This document shows, piece after piece, positions 50,459-62,900 of a stretch of 64,000 bases of DNA. The notes under the pieces are model-generated. The model saw only the letters and a program-made list of their open reading frames with translations, was not told the origin of the DNA and did not search any database. Source of the DNA: Novakomyces olei. Taxonomy: Eukaryota. Position 1 is the stretch's first letter; every line of letters starts with the position of its first letter. The translations under genes and the position numbers were made by a program. Where the stretch lies: assembly GCA_016906335.1 (NCBI GenBank), contig JADEYG010000015.1:310001-374000 (forward strand), read 5' to 3'.

Positions 50459-52316
50459 TCAAGCAGAATGTGGCCTTTTCGTAGAAGTTGCTGAGGTATT
50501 GCTCTCATAAAAGTACCCAATACTCTCAGGCTGAGGCCCAGCATTGCTTCTAGTAGCAACAGAATTTTCGTGAGCAATTGAACAAGAGTTTGCTCTTTCA
50601 CCGAGCGCAAAGAAAGAGCTACCAAAAGTCCCCGCTTTGCTCTCAAGGTCGGTTTCAAGTGGAAGCCATGGCAACCAGGATAAGTAACCGTCTACTGAGG
50701 CTGCACGTGACTTGAAAGCCTGTGAGAGCTGATTAGATTCCCTCGGAAACGCGGTCGTCTGTGAAGAGGAATGACGTGTGTACCTATGATCCGGGCTTTG
50801 CAAGTGGTTTGCCTGCCGACTCATTTCTACACTGTATAATGTCGGACCTTGCTGTTCCGTGGCAGAGTTAAAGGTTCGAGATAGACTGGGAGAATCAGAT
50901 TGCGGGTAAAAGTGGGCATGACTGTTGCCCCCACTTAGAGTTAACCCGCTTGTGCTGTTACTCCTTTCACTATACCGATCTCCGGCATGATTTCGCGAGG
51001 CGGCAGGGTAGTTTTCCCCGTCAAAACTAGCGCACCTTTCGCTAGCCAGACGAGTGAAAATCGCAGGAGGAGTCTTGCTTGATGCGTGATAAGTGCTTGA
51101 AGCATTTGAGTCCTCATCGGAAGGAGTCAGCGGAAAACTTGACGAACTAGGACTTTGGCAGAACGTTTGGTAGCCTGATCCTGGGGCTATAGCTGTTGCT
51201 GTTGTTGCCAGCGCCTGTCCCATTTTCTGATCCATGAATGCTTGCAAATGCATTAATGCCTCTTGATCACAGGTATTTGTTGTGACTATTTCGTTCTGGT
51301 ACAAGTCATATTGACTTAGTGAGTACATATCGTCCTCCAGAATCGCAGTAGTGTTCTCGACTTCTCCGCAATTTACACTCTGAACATTGATCCAACAGAG
51401 ATCATCTGCTGCAGTCGCGAGACCATTACTATTTGCATTATTTGCATTTATGAAGTGGGGGCCATCATGCAAAATTGAGCAATCCCGGTTGTAAGTTTCT
51501 AGGAACTCCTGCAACTTCTCATCAAGGTCTGCATTCTCATATTTTTGTTTGTCCAAATCAGTGAGTCCGTATATTTCTAGGTAAGGCGATACCCGGAACG
51601 ATTGGCTCATACAGAGCCCAATATCAAGAGCTACGTGCTTTGCGAATACAGAATCTCGTGAAGGTATTTTCAAGCGACCTTCGACAACGTCTTCAGGGCT
51701 GTAATAGGCCACGAGATGGCAAGGGTACCCGTTCAGAATTATAGAGATAGTCTTCTTCATGAGGCCGCCTTCCTTGAAGAGGAATGTGTCCACCAGGCTT
51801 CCTAGAAGACGGCGTTCCATATGCTTGGCTGAGTTGGCCAATGTGTATTCATTCAGTGACGGCGGGTCCGATTTGCGACTACAAAGTTAGACGGAAGAAA
51901 ACGATAAAGCTTAAGAAATAAAAAAAAGACACACAAAAACAGAAAAATTCGGAGACCCACATTTGAGGTGATTTTGGCTTCTTTATAAGCCGGCGCACGT
52001 TTCCAGTCTGGTTTGTATCTTCTAGCTGCCTGTAAGCGAGAAAGTTTCCGAGTACGCGAGACGGGGACCAGTGCAGACTATCGGTCCAGCGTCTAATATT
52101 AGAGAGAGTTTCGTTGTATACGAAGACGTTGCCTGATTTTATGAGCTTGTGCCGCTCATGGCCCTGAAGTCTTCGCAGGATTGGCTGAGCTGGAGACTGG
52201 GCTGACCTCCCGTGTAATAAGGCGTCTTTGCAAGCACTGAAGATAATGAGAGCGTCAAGTGTGTTTTCGACAAATGTATTTTGCAACGTAGGATCGAGGC
52301 AGTCCTCAATAGTCAT
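50459..52316 (-). CDS. Gti1/Pac2 (WOPR-box; Wor1/Ryp1/Mit1-like) transcription factor (2 exons)
   Basis: WOPRa: TLDALIIFSAC, IKSGNVFVY, IRRWTDSLHWSPSRVLGNFLAYRQL. WOPRb: GSLVDTFLFKEGGLMKKTISI..HLVAYYSPEDV. Intron 51879-51960 joins them in frame. Confidence 0.92.
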
Positions 52317-55300
52317 GGCGATTGAATGTGACTCTTGCTTATATGTATGTTTCAATTGATCCTGTTCTCACGGGCGCTGTTATACGGAGCTGACTGAGAA
52401 AGCAGATAAGTTTAATTGCCGGCGACTTCCTGTTTGCCCAAACAAACTATAAAAAGGAAAAGCTCGCTGTCCGTCTGGAGAAGTTTGTTCAAAGCCTGTA
52501 TGCTGTTTGTTGTTTGCTTTGCTTTTTTGTTTGTTGTTCGCTGTCCGCTGTTCACTATTTGGTGCAGTATGCTGCTGTTTGCTCGTGCCTGCTCTTCTTT
52601 TGTGCTCTTTGTTGTCACTAAACTTCAAGATCTCGTGGTATTCCTCTGAGTCGAACGGACATATAACAGGCTGATCAGCACTTTAGTCAGGGAGAGGGTG
52701 TTTTTGCTCGCGGGCAAAGACCTCCACAAGCAACTATTTTGCAGGGCAAGATTGCAGGGCAAGAAGATAATTCAAATGAAAAGATAAGAGCAGATATCCC
52801 TTTGGACCTACTGCCACCCACACGGTTTACTTGCGGGGGTAGCAAAATGGGGTAACGGGGGAACTTGCTGCTTTATTGTAAGAGATCCTGTCGGACGGGC
52901 CAGTCGGTTTCTCACTTGACGGATCTCTCCTAAATTTACGGATTGGAACTAGCGCGAATCCAAAGAGTAACAAAAAAAATAGTGTGGAGGGACTTTGTAC
53001 CTTTATGGCCGCCGCATTTTTCCAGTTAGTTTCCTATAATCATTTATATTCAGTTTTCGCGTCACGCCTTGTTTATTATTTCTCTTTGTTGACTGGTCAA
53101 CAAGATTGGCTTGTCCAGAATTAAAATGAAAGGGGAGAAACGGACGAAAACAAGAAAAAGGTATATAATATGATAATCGAAACATAAGAGTGAATTCGGA
53201 AATAATAAAAATTACAGAAAAAACGCGGAATAAAGACTAAAATGGCTTAATTGAGAAATGGAGAGATGTGACAGAGGGAAACGCGATGTAAACAGAGATG
53301 AGCGAAGGGAACTAAGCGGACGAACTGTTTCTCTTTTGGGATAGCGAACGTGTTCGGCTAAAAAGGAACCGAACAGGGTACAGAATTGTTCTGTCAAAAA
53401 TGTGTAACATCTTAAATCGATATGCTTTTCTTCGCTCGTGTGTTCCATTCGTTCTTTTACCCGCTTCAAAGATTTGCTTTGATAATTTAGTTTCTTTTCA
53501 GGTTTTTTTGCGTTTGTATAATTTTCTTTCAAGTCTATGAAGCAGCCAATGCTAATTGTTGCTTGGGCGCGTATATTATTAGGCGGCTCTTATGCACATG
53601 TCTACATTTGATTTCGTTCGCGCAAGGTTCGCCGTACAGGGAATTGTTTTATTTGCTAAAAGTTTTATGGGATCGGCCGTGGCGCTTGGAATTTGCTGTC
53701 AATTTAGCGAGTAACCTCTCAAAATAAAACGCCTTTTGTGATCACGTAGATCACATTGTTATGTACGAGTTGCAGTACAAGTAATTATTTAGCATGGTAC
53801 CAAGTCAATAACGATTTGATAAATAGCAATTATATTTTTTATATGTTGTCTTTTAGCTCATTGTGAATCCATTGGATTTTGATGTCTATTTTCTACGATG
53901 CAGCCTGCCTAAAATGCATGAAAAATGCGGTGGTGTACTTGCTTGCTTACGGGAAATAGTGTTTCAGCCAAAAATTAGTTTCTGCATGCTCCAGTCTCAC
54001 TGGCCAGGCGGAAGCCGGACCACATGCGGCACTGGTCCCTGAAGTAGCATAAAAAGAAAAGAAAAAGATGAAAGAACAACGGATCAATTCGAAATAAAAT
54101 GGAGAAGAAATCGTACTTTTTTCTTTTCTTTCTTTTTTGGTCCGATTTTCACAAGACTGCATTGCTCTTTCTTCCCTAAAACCCCACTTTATTTTCTCTG
54201 GTATTCTTACCTTTCTTTAACTTTTGGTATTAGCTCTCTGACTTTCCCTATTTGTGCTTTTCTCCATGCTCTTCTTTTCGGCTCTCTTGAGCGTCTCCGT
54301 CCTTATGTTTGGCACTCAAATCTACGACTATTGGCCAAACGCTTTGCAAAGCTCGGGGAAATGTTGGGCATACATTAAAATTGGGGATTGATGTTTTGAT
54401 GGTGTAATTGGCTGATGGTTTCTATGAGAAATTGTGTCTCAGATAAAGCAACAGATTGCCAAATGAATAATAGATCTGTATCTGCTTTCAAAAAAAATAT
54501 GATGAATAAACAACAAAAGTAATAATAAATCAGGTCAAAACAATGAACGATTAAGAATTCAATCACTCGAAAGTTATAGGCAAATTGTGTAACAGGATCT
54601 CTTGGCAGGTCTGGACCAGCACGAGGTTAAGAAACTGGCGGCAGTTGATATTAGTGAGGGAAAACACTAACCATGTTCAAGTGTATAGACGAGCAAAGAT
54701 CAAAATCAGTTATCGAGAACAACTGAATAGTGAATGATTCTTGACAATTGCATGGATCATTTGAAATATATGTATATTTTGTGAATATATCACGCAATAG
54801 AATGATGAAATCGTCGTCTGGGTAGAAGCTCCTGGAAAAGAGCAAAATTGATTGTAAGTTCAGCAAGAGACAGAATATTATTGAAAGTGAATAAGGTCCC
54901 ATCTTACAAAAGCATTTTAAAAATTATGGAAAAAATAATATAAAGTATCAGACATAAAAAAAAATATTTCCTAGGACAATCTAAGGCTATCAAACTATCA
55001 AAGGGCATCCATCGTGGTTTACAAGATACCTGCCCCCTTTAACCAGTTCTTGTCTTTTACGCTGGCCGCAAAAGGAATAGTGCAAGATACTTTCCCACGA
55101 TGATCAGCGCTCAACCACAAGACCTTTGTTTGCGACTAGAAGTATGCCACGATAATCTCTAAAACGTTTCTAGCTTTCCGGAATCAAATCTGAGGGGCAA
55201 AAGTAAAGACAAAAATTTTAATGTATAAAACAAATCAATTGCATTATTCTATAAACATTGATTCATCTGAATGTTTCTAAATCCCACCTCATCCTTCCCA

Positions 55301-55370
55301 TCTCAATTCTGCCACAAAGTTTGATAATAACAGAGAGCAATGATTGCTCTCCTCTCAGTTCTGTAATTTC

Positions 55371-56528
55371 TCAAGAGTCTGGTTCTTCCGTCACCAAGTC
55401 CAAGTGCGGGCCCTCACTAAAAGCGCTTATCTCAACGGTACTGTCGGCACTAACTTCAAAGACCGTAATTCCTGTATTAACGGATCGGCCATGCCTTTTC
55501 AGTTTCTGCTCTTTGGCCTTTTCAGAGATCTGGATAGAAGCATGGGAATCAGCCCACGAGGTCAATGCTCCAATAACACCACCGTGTGTCACGACAAGCA
55601 CATTAGCGCTGGGATCTTTAGTCGCTAAAGGTAATATTTCTTTGTTCCAATAGTTGAGACATCTATGATTGAACAAATCTCTGGTCTAAGGGAAACTGTG
55701 CGATTAAAATAAGGGGCAAGGAAGATTTAAAGGAACAGAAATGGAAAAAGGGGAAAATAACAGCCGTAATAAACAAACAGAACGGAGAACACCGCAACAG
55801 TAAGAGCGTAGGAAAAAGGAAAGAAAAAATACAAAAACTTGTTAAAAGACAATAAAAGAAGGTATTCAGTGTATATAAACTTGCAGGCACCACATACTTC
55901 TCCATGCTTGTCGGGATAGTCTGCGCGAATTTTGCGAGTTTCATACACCCCCTTTCCTTGCAGAGAGCCATAGTATCTCTATTAATTAGCAATCGAATAA
56001 ACATGAACAAAAAGAATGTACCGAGCAAAAAAAAGACAAAATATAATAATGATATTAAAAATATGACATCAATGGAACGGAATTGCTCTTTTCATATCTG
56101 TATGCGCCGTCAAGCACTATTCAAACGCCTTTTCAACATCTTTCTTTCATATTGATTGTTCATATTCAAGCATAATAAAATAATATTCCGTACCTCTCGC
56201 AATGCATCTGTAATCGTCACCTCTGTTCCGTTTTGCAAACAAGACGCCAATTCTTGAGCAGTCTCAAAATTAGCACAAAGCCTATAGTAATTCTATACCT
56301 CCTGCGTTCGAAGCAGATCGCTACAAAAACAATAATCAAAATTCACTCCTTGAGAGTTGAGATAATCCGCTAATTTCCGTCCCTGTTGCCGTCCTTCGTC
56401 ATTCAAGTGTGTGTCCAAATGACCCTGGAGTATAAGGTTTTTATTGGCGTCCGTTTCGCCTGAAGAATTAGAATTGGAATTGCCCAACAGTCGGATTAGA
56501 TACCGTGCCGAACAACAAAGATCTTCAT
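55371..56528 (-). CDS. Histidine phosphatase / phosphoglycerate-mutase family (TIGAR/YOR283W-like; multi-exon)
   Basis: MKIFVVRH/GETDAN..LQGHLDTHLNDEGRQQG, CSDLLRTQE, VLVVTHGGVI, NTGITVF. Confidence 0.85.
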
Positions 56529-56971
56529 ATTACCGTCGCTAAACCGCGATTGATAAATTTGACGATTTGGCAGAAAAGGTATTTTAATAATTTATTATAC
56601 GTTTGCCCATTCGTTATCTTTAATGCGGCAAAAACAAAATAATGTAATTAATTGGAATAATATTATGAAGAGTTCGGTACCAATCCACATCTACTTACTT
56701 GTATACTGTACGACAAATGGTATTTTAATTTACGGTATCTTTACCGTATTTCACTTTACCGTATAGTAATAAATAACATTATAGCAACGCAAATGTACCG
56801 ATATCGTCGCGTTATTAACCACAACGAACCTTTCGCATAATGATAATAATAATTCGGCAGAAATAATATAAACAAAATATTAGTATTAATCAACGCGCGA
56901 CAACTCGTGTTTATTTCCACAACAAACCCTAAACGTTGGGTAGACAAGCGACACGAGTGCGTTGATGGGCA

Positions 56972-59461
56972 ATGGGCCGCGCTGAAGGTTCAGCTTTAGC
57001 GGCTTTAAAACGCATTAAAGATTGTAATTGCCATTTGCTGATTGTCTCTTGTTTCTCTTTGCTAACAATTGCGCATAGTAATCCGGCAACCGCACTCCAA
57101 AGAAGCAGTAGCAGCGATCGATCAATTACAAAAAATCATTGAAGACTCACACGGCCTTCACCATCGCGACCTTGAGAGCATCGTTAATGCTTTCTGCGAT
57201 GCGTCCAATCAGCTGGACGACCGAGCGAGTCGGCGACTTTGCGAATGCCTTATTCCTCAGGGAAAAGTCTCGAGCCGAACCGTTTTGCGCGTACTCTCGA
57301 GCCTTGGTCGTGGCGCGACACGCCCAAGGCTTCATATTCAGGTAAAGGCATTTGGGTTTTATTCATGTCAATAGGATTGCCGTTTCTTTACAAGCTCGTG
57401 TTCCAAAAGAGACCGCTGCCTTTAGCGTGTCCAACATCGCTGTGGCTTTCAAGTCTTGTCTTTCTAACGAAAACTAGGCAAATGCATTGAGATGGCTCTT
57501 GCTGGTTTTGCCTTTTATTGAGGAGACGCGTATTCTATCGCAAAATTTCGGTGTTGTCTTTTATTTTATCGATTACGCTTCATTGCGGCCATGGGTCTGT
57601 TGCTTGCTTGCGCACATTGTGAGAAGCAAAAACGTGCTGCCCTTCCGTGTAAAGCGATTATTATCAATTTACGAAACAGATCACAATGACGCTTATCTAC
57701 ATGGACTTTTATGTAGCTTTCGCGACGCCAAACCTGGGAGTGTGCCTTTGCATTTGGGTAAAAGCAAAGCGCGCGTATTCCGTCACCCTCAGCCAGAATG
57801 GCTCTTACTCGCAAGGCGAGTGAGAGATGACTTTGCGTACGAAAGCGATGATGAAAATACCCAAAGTGCTGATGGGCGACAATTGAAAAGGCAGAAATTA
57901 TCGGCAAATCTTCCTGTACAAGAGACGCCCGGGCTTGAGGATGGCAAGTACTCTGTGCCTGATATACCCGACGCTACAGAGCTGGCCAGAGTCTATGAGG
58001 ATGTCATGCTCCCGCGTAATATTGTTTCCTTGCTCCGCAGTCCGATAGGAACTGTTTTATTTTACTCTCTCTGTGAAGGTAGGTAGGTACTGGTGCAATA
58101 CTTATTTACTAATTATTACAGAGACGGCTGGCCAAAGATTCGCTTTCTGGTTCGAGTCGTATTTGACGGATAAGTCGCAACTAGTCGAACCTATGCTGAG
58201 AGCAATGCTTAGCTTGGAGCGGTTCAACAGCCGATCCGGTCTTGCAAGAGAATTACATTTGGTTTGGCAGAAAAATATTGCGCGTTTAATACAGATGGCA
58301 GATACCAGCGACTCACTATCATACTGCATATCCCTTATTCTTGTCTATGCTTCATTTTCTACATTTGACGAGTATTTAACCCAGATACTAAACCCTCTTC
58401 AACAGCGTCTTGCCGTCGGCGAAAGAAATCAAATTGTTTCTTACTGCACTATATTTCGGGTTTTACAAGGGCTTGTTGTCCGTAAACCCGAGTTTATTGA
58501 GCACATCACAGAATTCGCTGACCGCTCAAGTCGGCAAATCATTCTCTCACATTCTTCCGTTATTGTTTTGGAAAAATACTTGAATTTTTGGAATACTGTA
58601 GCTCGCACCCAGCTCCAAATACTTCCGTCCCGTATCGCCCTACCGGATATTCAGATTTTGCATAAAATTATTTTTCAAAGCAATCTGTTTTTGTTAAGCG
58701 AGTGTTGCGGTCTCGTCAATTTGTACAAACAGATATTCGACCGACTGCAAGACGGCCGAGTGAAAGCTGCTACTATTAATTCTCTTGTTATGGATCTCTG
58801 TAATTTATTGTGGCGAGGCCGGGCCTTCAATAATAGTGACGAAAGTGCGACGGGGTTCTCATTGCCAAGGTGATTTCTGATGAAGACGACTTATTCATTC
58901 ATTATACATTGTTATTCTTTTATTTATCTGTTCATTATCATTATTAATTCTGATCACTGTTATTTTAATAACTCTAAATGTTACGAGTGCTCCAGGCAAA
59001 TACTGATATTCTTTAGCGAATTCATCGAGTCAATTGAAAAAGAAGCACGGGACGAAGGACTGTCGGTGCGGAAACTTTATACTGTCCCACAAGACTCGGC
59101 GTTTATCAGATTTAGCTCTATTGCATTTTCGCACTTGGTTTCATCTGATAAGGACTCGACTGCAATTGAGGTCATCACTCAACCTGTATTTCAGAGGAAA
59201 ATTAATGTATGGCACATTTGTATTTATAATCGTTTTAAATTCTGATAATGTCAAATTTTTTCTTTACAGTACGATTGTCCAAAAGTTTTCTATTCGACTA
59301 CTTGTTAAATTTGTTTCTGACACAAAAAGGGACTTGAAGTGATTAATGTATCATATAACGATTTTAGGGCAAAAGTGATTGAGGAATTACGTGAAGAGGG
59401 ATTCAAAGGTTTTTCCGATTTCCTTTTCAGCTCTATAATGTCGCTCATCAACCGATCATGA
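56972..59461 (+). CDS. mis6: Inner kinetochore protein CENP-I / Mis6 (multi-exon)
   Basis: RVLSSLGRG, LRWLLLV, SLRPWVCCLLAHI..VLPFRV, NSLVMDLCNLLWRGRAF and C-terminal GFKGFSDFLFSSI. Introns at about 57024-57078, 57342-57477, 58079-58121, 58870-59016 and 59207-59328. Confidence 0.85.
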
Positions 59462-59957
59462 GAATGATTTAAAAGATTAAAATTAAAAATGAGTTTGAAG
59501 AATAATGGAATAAGTTTATGTTTAATTGTGAGGAGGCGTTAATGAACCATTGTATTATCATGATGAAGATCTGTACAAAAGGAAAAAATTGAATCATTAA
59601 AATTGTTTAAAGAATAGTATAATAATTGATAAATCCGAATAGCTTCCCAAATAACAACTTGCAGGACACGGTAGAGTCAACGCCGAAGGCGATGAAGCAA
59701 ACATATACCGATATCAATATAAAGATCAGTATATTATGAATGGATGACAACAAGACTGTTTTATATACAAGCATAATTATATAGAATATAGTATTATATT
59801 GCATACAATGAATACTCAACAATGTACAAACCAAAACAAATCGGTTTTGAAAAAAAATGCCTTTATAAAACCAAACAAACCGCGTCTCCAATGCATGCAA
59901 AAGCGAATGATACATGTACATACAGCAATATACGAATATACGAAAACCATCGAGACA

Positions 59958-62900
59958 TCACACTTGATTATGTGATTGACGCTTTTCCTTCCACCATCCA
60001 AATGTTCGAAGGTACCCGCCCTTCGCCCAGTCGTCAGAATCAGATCTGTAGAGCATTGCTTCCTTTGCTCCATCGTCCTTGAGGGCAAGAAACATGTTTC
60101 GGAGTCTATCAAAGTCGATAGGCTTCAGCATCCAGCCGTCCATGACCGCGTCGTTCAACCTTTTCACGCTGGTCTCTGGCAGCGAGGCAGAAACTGCTAT
60201 AATAGGCACACAGCCATGTACCTGGTAAGGGTACGGGAGAGAATCAAAGGACTGAGCGTCCGAAAAAACTCGAGATTTTTCCAGCTCTCGTATACACTTG
60301 GCGGCCTGAAACCCATCACACTGCGGCATTTGCAAATCCATAAGAACAACATCAAAAGGCTCTTCGCTCTCTATCGCCTGGCTCCAGGCATCGATACAGT
60401 CGAGCCCGTTGTACGCAAAAACGGTCCGGTGCTTGTCGATGCGGAGTCTCTTTTGCATAATAGCGCGGTTAACCGGATCGTCTTCCGCAATAAGGATTCG
60501 AAGCGGCCACTTGGACGGGGATCTTGATCCTGAATCTGCTGGCTTACGCTCTCCAGTGTCTAAAGGCTGCGCTAACTGCATAGGCCCTTCTTTCTTCTTG
60601 TGACCCGCGTTCTGTGGAGGTTTAAAGCCGTGCAGTTTTTTAGCATCCTCACTGATATACGCATTGTCCATTTTAATTGCGAAATTATGGTGGCCCGTGT
60701 TAGCGCTCGAGTGACGGGAGCCCGACTCTCCTCCGGAGCCTCCAGTTTGCCGTCCACTCGCACCAACACTCACGGTCGTGACACTTCTCCTTGCCGGACT
60801 CACTGGCATATTCACAGCCACGTTCTGACCAGGTTTATAGGAGGACTGGCCGGTCCCTAATGGAGCCGATGACGAGGACAAAGATCCGATTGGAACTGAC
60901 GAAGGGCTTGCCTGAGACGCTTGAGCGCGGTAAGATTCAGAAGACGAAAAGGACCGCACTGAAGGCGACCCAAAGTCTTCCACAATCTGATCAATTTCAC
61001 TCTCGCCTTTCAGACTGGAAGAAGAGTGCCGACGCAGTATATCGTGAGACAAATTGCCAGTGCTAACACTCAAACCTCCACCAATTTGCTGCTGACCGTT
61101 ATTGTTGTTGTTATTGTTATTATTACTATTAGTATTATTGCCAACAACATTATTCAGACTGGCAGATGCCAGATTGGAAGTCAGGTTCGACATTGCAGGA
61201 GTACTGAATGAATTTTGTGCTGCCTGATCAGCCTTGTCTTGAGCAGCCTGAGGCGATTTCCCGACATTGGACTCGGAGCAGCGGACAAATTCAAATCTAA
61301 ACGTAAACGTTGAGCCGACACCTTCTTTTGACGTCACTTTTAATTGGCCCTTCATGTTTTGTACAATTCTGGCTACTACTGCCAGCCCGAGTCCGAGAGG
61401 ATCCTGCGCCGATTTCCCGTCACCCGTCCGGGACTCGGCTTGAGAGGTAAGATTCCCGTCATCTACTTCCGTGTCCTTTGCGCCATGATCATCGCTCTCG
61501 CCCTCTTTGCTGGTGCATTCTGCCTCGCCGTCTTTTTTATTATCGCCATTATTGCCGTTACCATCGTTCCTATCGTTAGACTTGTCACCGGTACTGGCGT
61601 CTTCCGTGGTCGCGTCGCTGGCATCAATGCCCTCCAAGTTCAAAAAGATAGAGTCTAGCTGCTTCCGCGACATGCCCCGGCCTGTGTCGGAGATGGAGAT
61701 TTCCACAATGGCTGAATCATCGAACGCCTCAACTGCCCTCCCAATCACGGATATAGTCCCGGACTCTGTATGCTTTACAGAATTAGCCAGTACATTGGTT
61801 ATCACCTGACGAAACTTGGACGGGTCCCCGTACACGTATTCAGGGAAATCTGGGTCAAAATTGGACCGCAACTCAACGCCCTTCCGTGAAACTGTCGGCT
61901 TCTGCCACTCTAATGCATTTTCAATAGTGCGAATAAGGGGGAACCCTTCGTACTTTAGCAGCGCCTGACCCTCTTCAATCTGCGTGAGATCGAGCATGTC
62001 ATTGATCACATAAATTAGGCCCTTGGAGGCATCGTGCGATGCTTTTAAATTGTTTAACACTTCAGGACTCACGGGATTTTCCATTGCCAGTTCCAGGTAA
62101 TTGACTATTGCGTTTAGCGGCGTTCGAATCTCGTGACTGGCATTGCTTAGGAGCAGATTGGCCAGTTTACTTGATCGTAGAGCCGACTGCTTCTGCCTCC
62201 AAATATCGATGAATCTGCTATACAGGATACTGAGGAAGGCAGCAGCATCAAAGTCCTCCTGTGACCATTCTCGGCACTTTGTAATGACCTTCTCTGTCCA
62301 CACACGGAACGAGTTTCGTGGTTGCAGTGGGTTGGAGGCATTATTGCCTGAAGCGATTACCTTCTCGTACGGATTTCCCGCCCAATTCACCTCTTTTACC
62401 TGGCATTTTCGGAGGAAAGCCATAAAATCGTTGTGGCTGTTTGACAGAGGGACGTACAGGAAGCCAGCGATATGCGAAAGGGGCGTCAACAGTCCGAAAT
62501 CAGGGTATTCTCCACATATATCTTGAGACGCGATAATGCTGTTGAACCGCTTGTCACGCAAGAACTCACGCACTGCCGTCACTTCGTTCAGGAAATCGTC
62601 TGTTTTCCCCATAATTTTGGCCTCTGCTCCGATATTCAAAATGGCGATATCAGAATCAAACAGTTTCAAGAAATCTTCTGCCTTGTTTACTATATAATTC
62701 GCTGTCGTCCTGTCCTTGGACATTGTATTGATGAGTTTGCGCCCGCGCAACCGCTCAGCATACGACAGCCTTTCGATATTATGGGAAACTGTCCCCGAAA
62801 TTAAGCGGCACAGTTTACGCACAATGAAATTTGGCCTCATTGGATGATTACCATAAAGATGACAGGAAATAAGGCCCCACAGCTGTCCAAAGGCACATAT

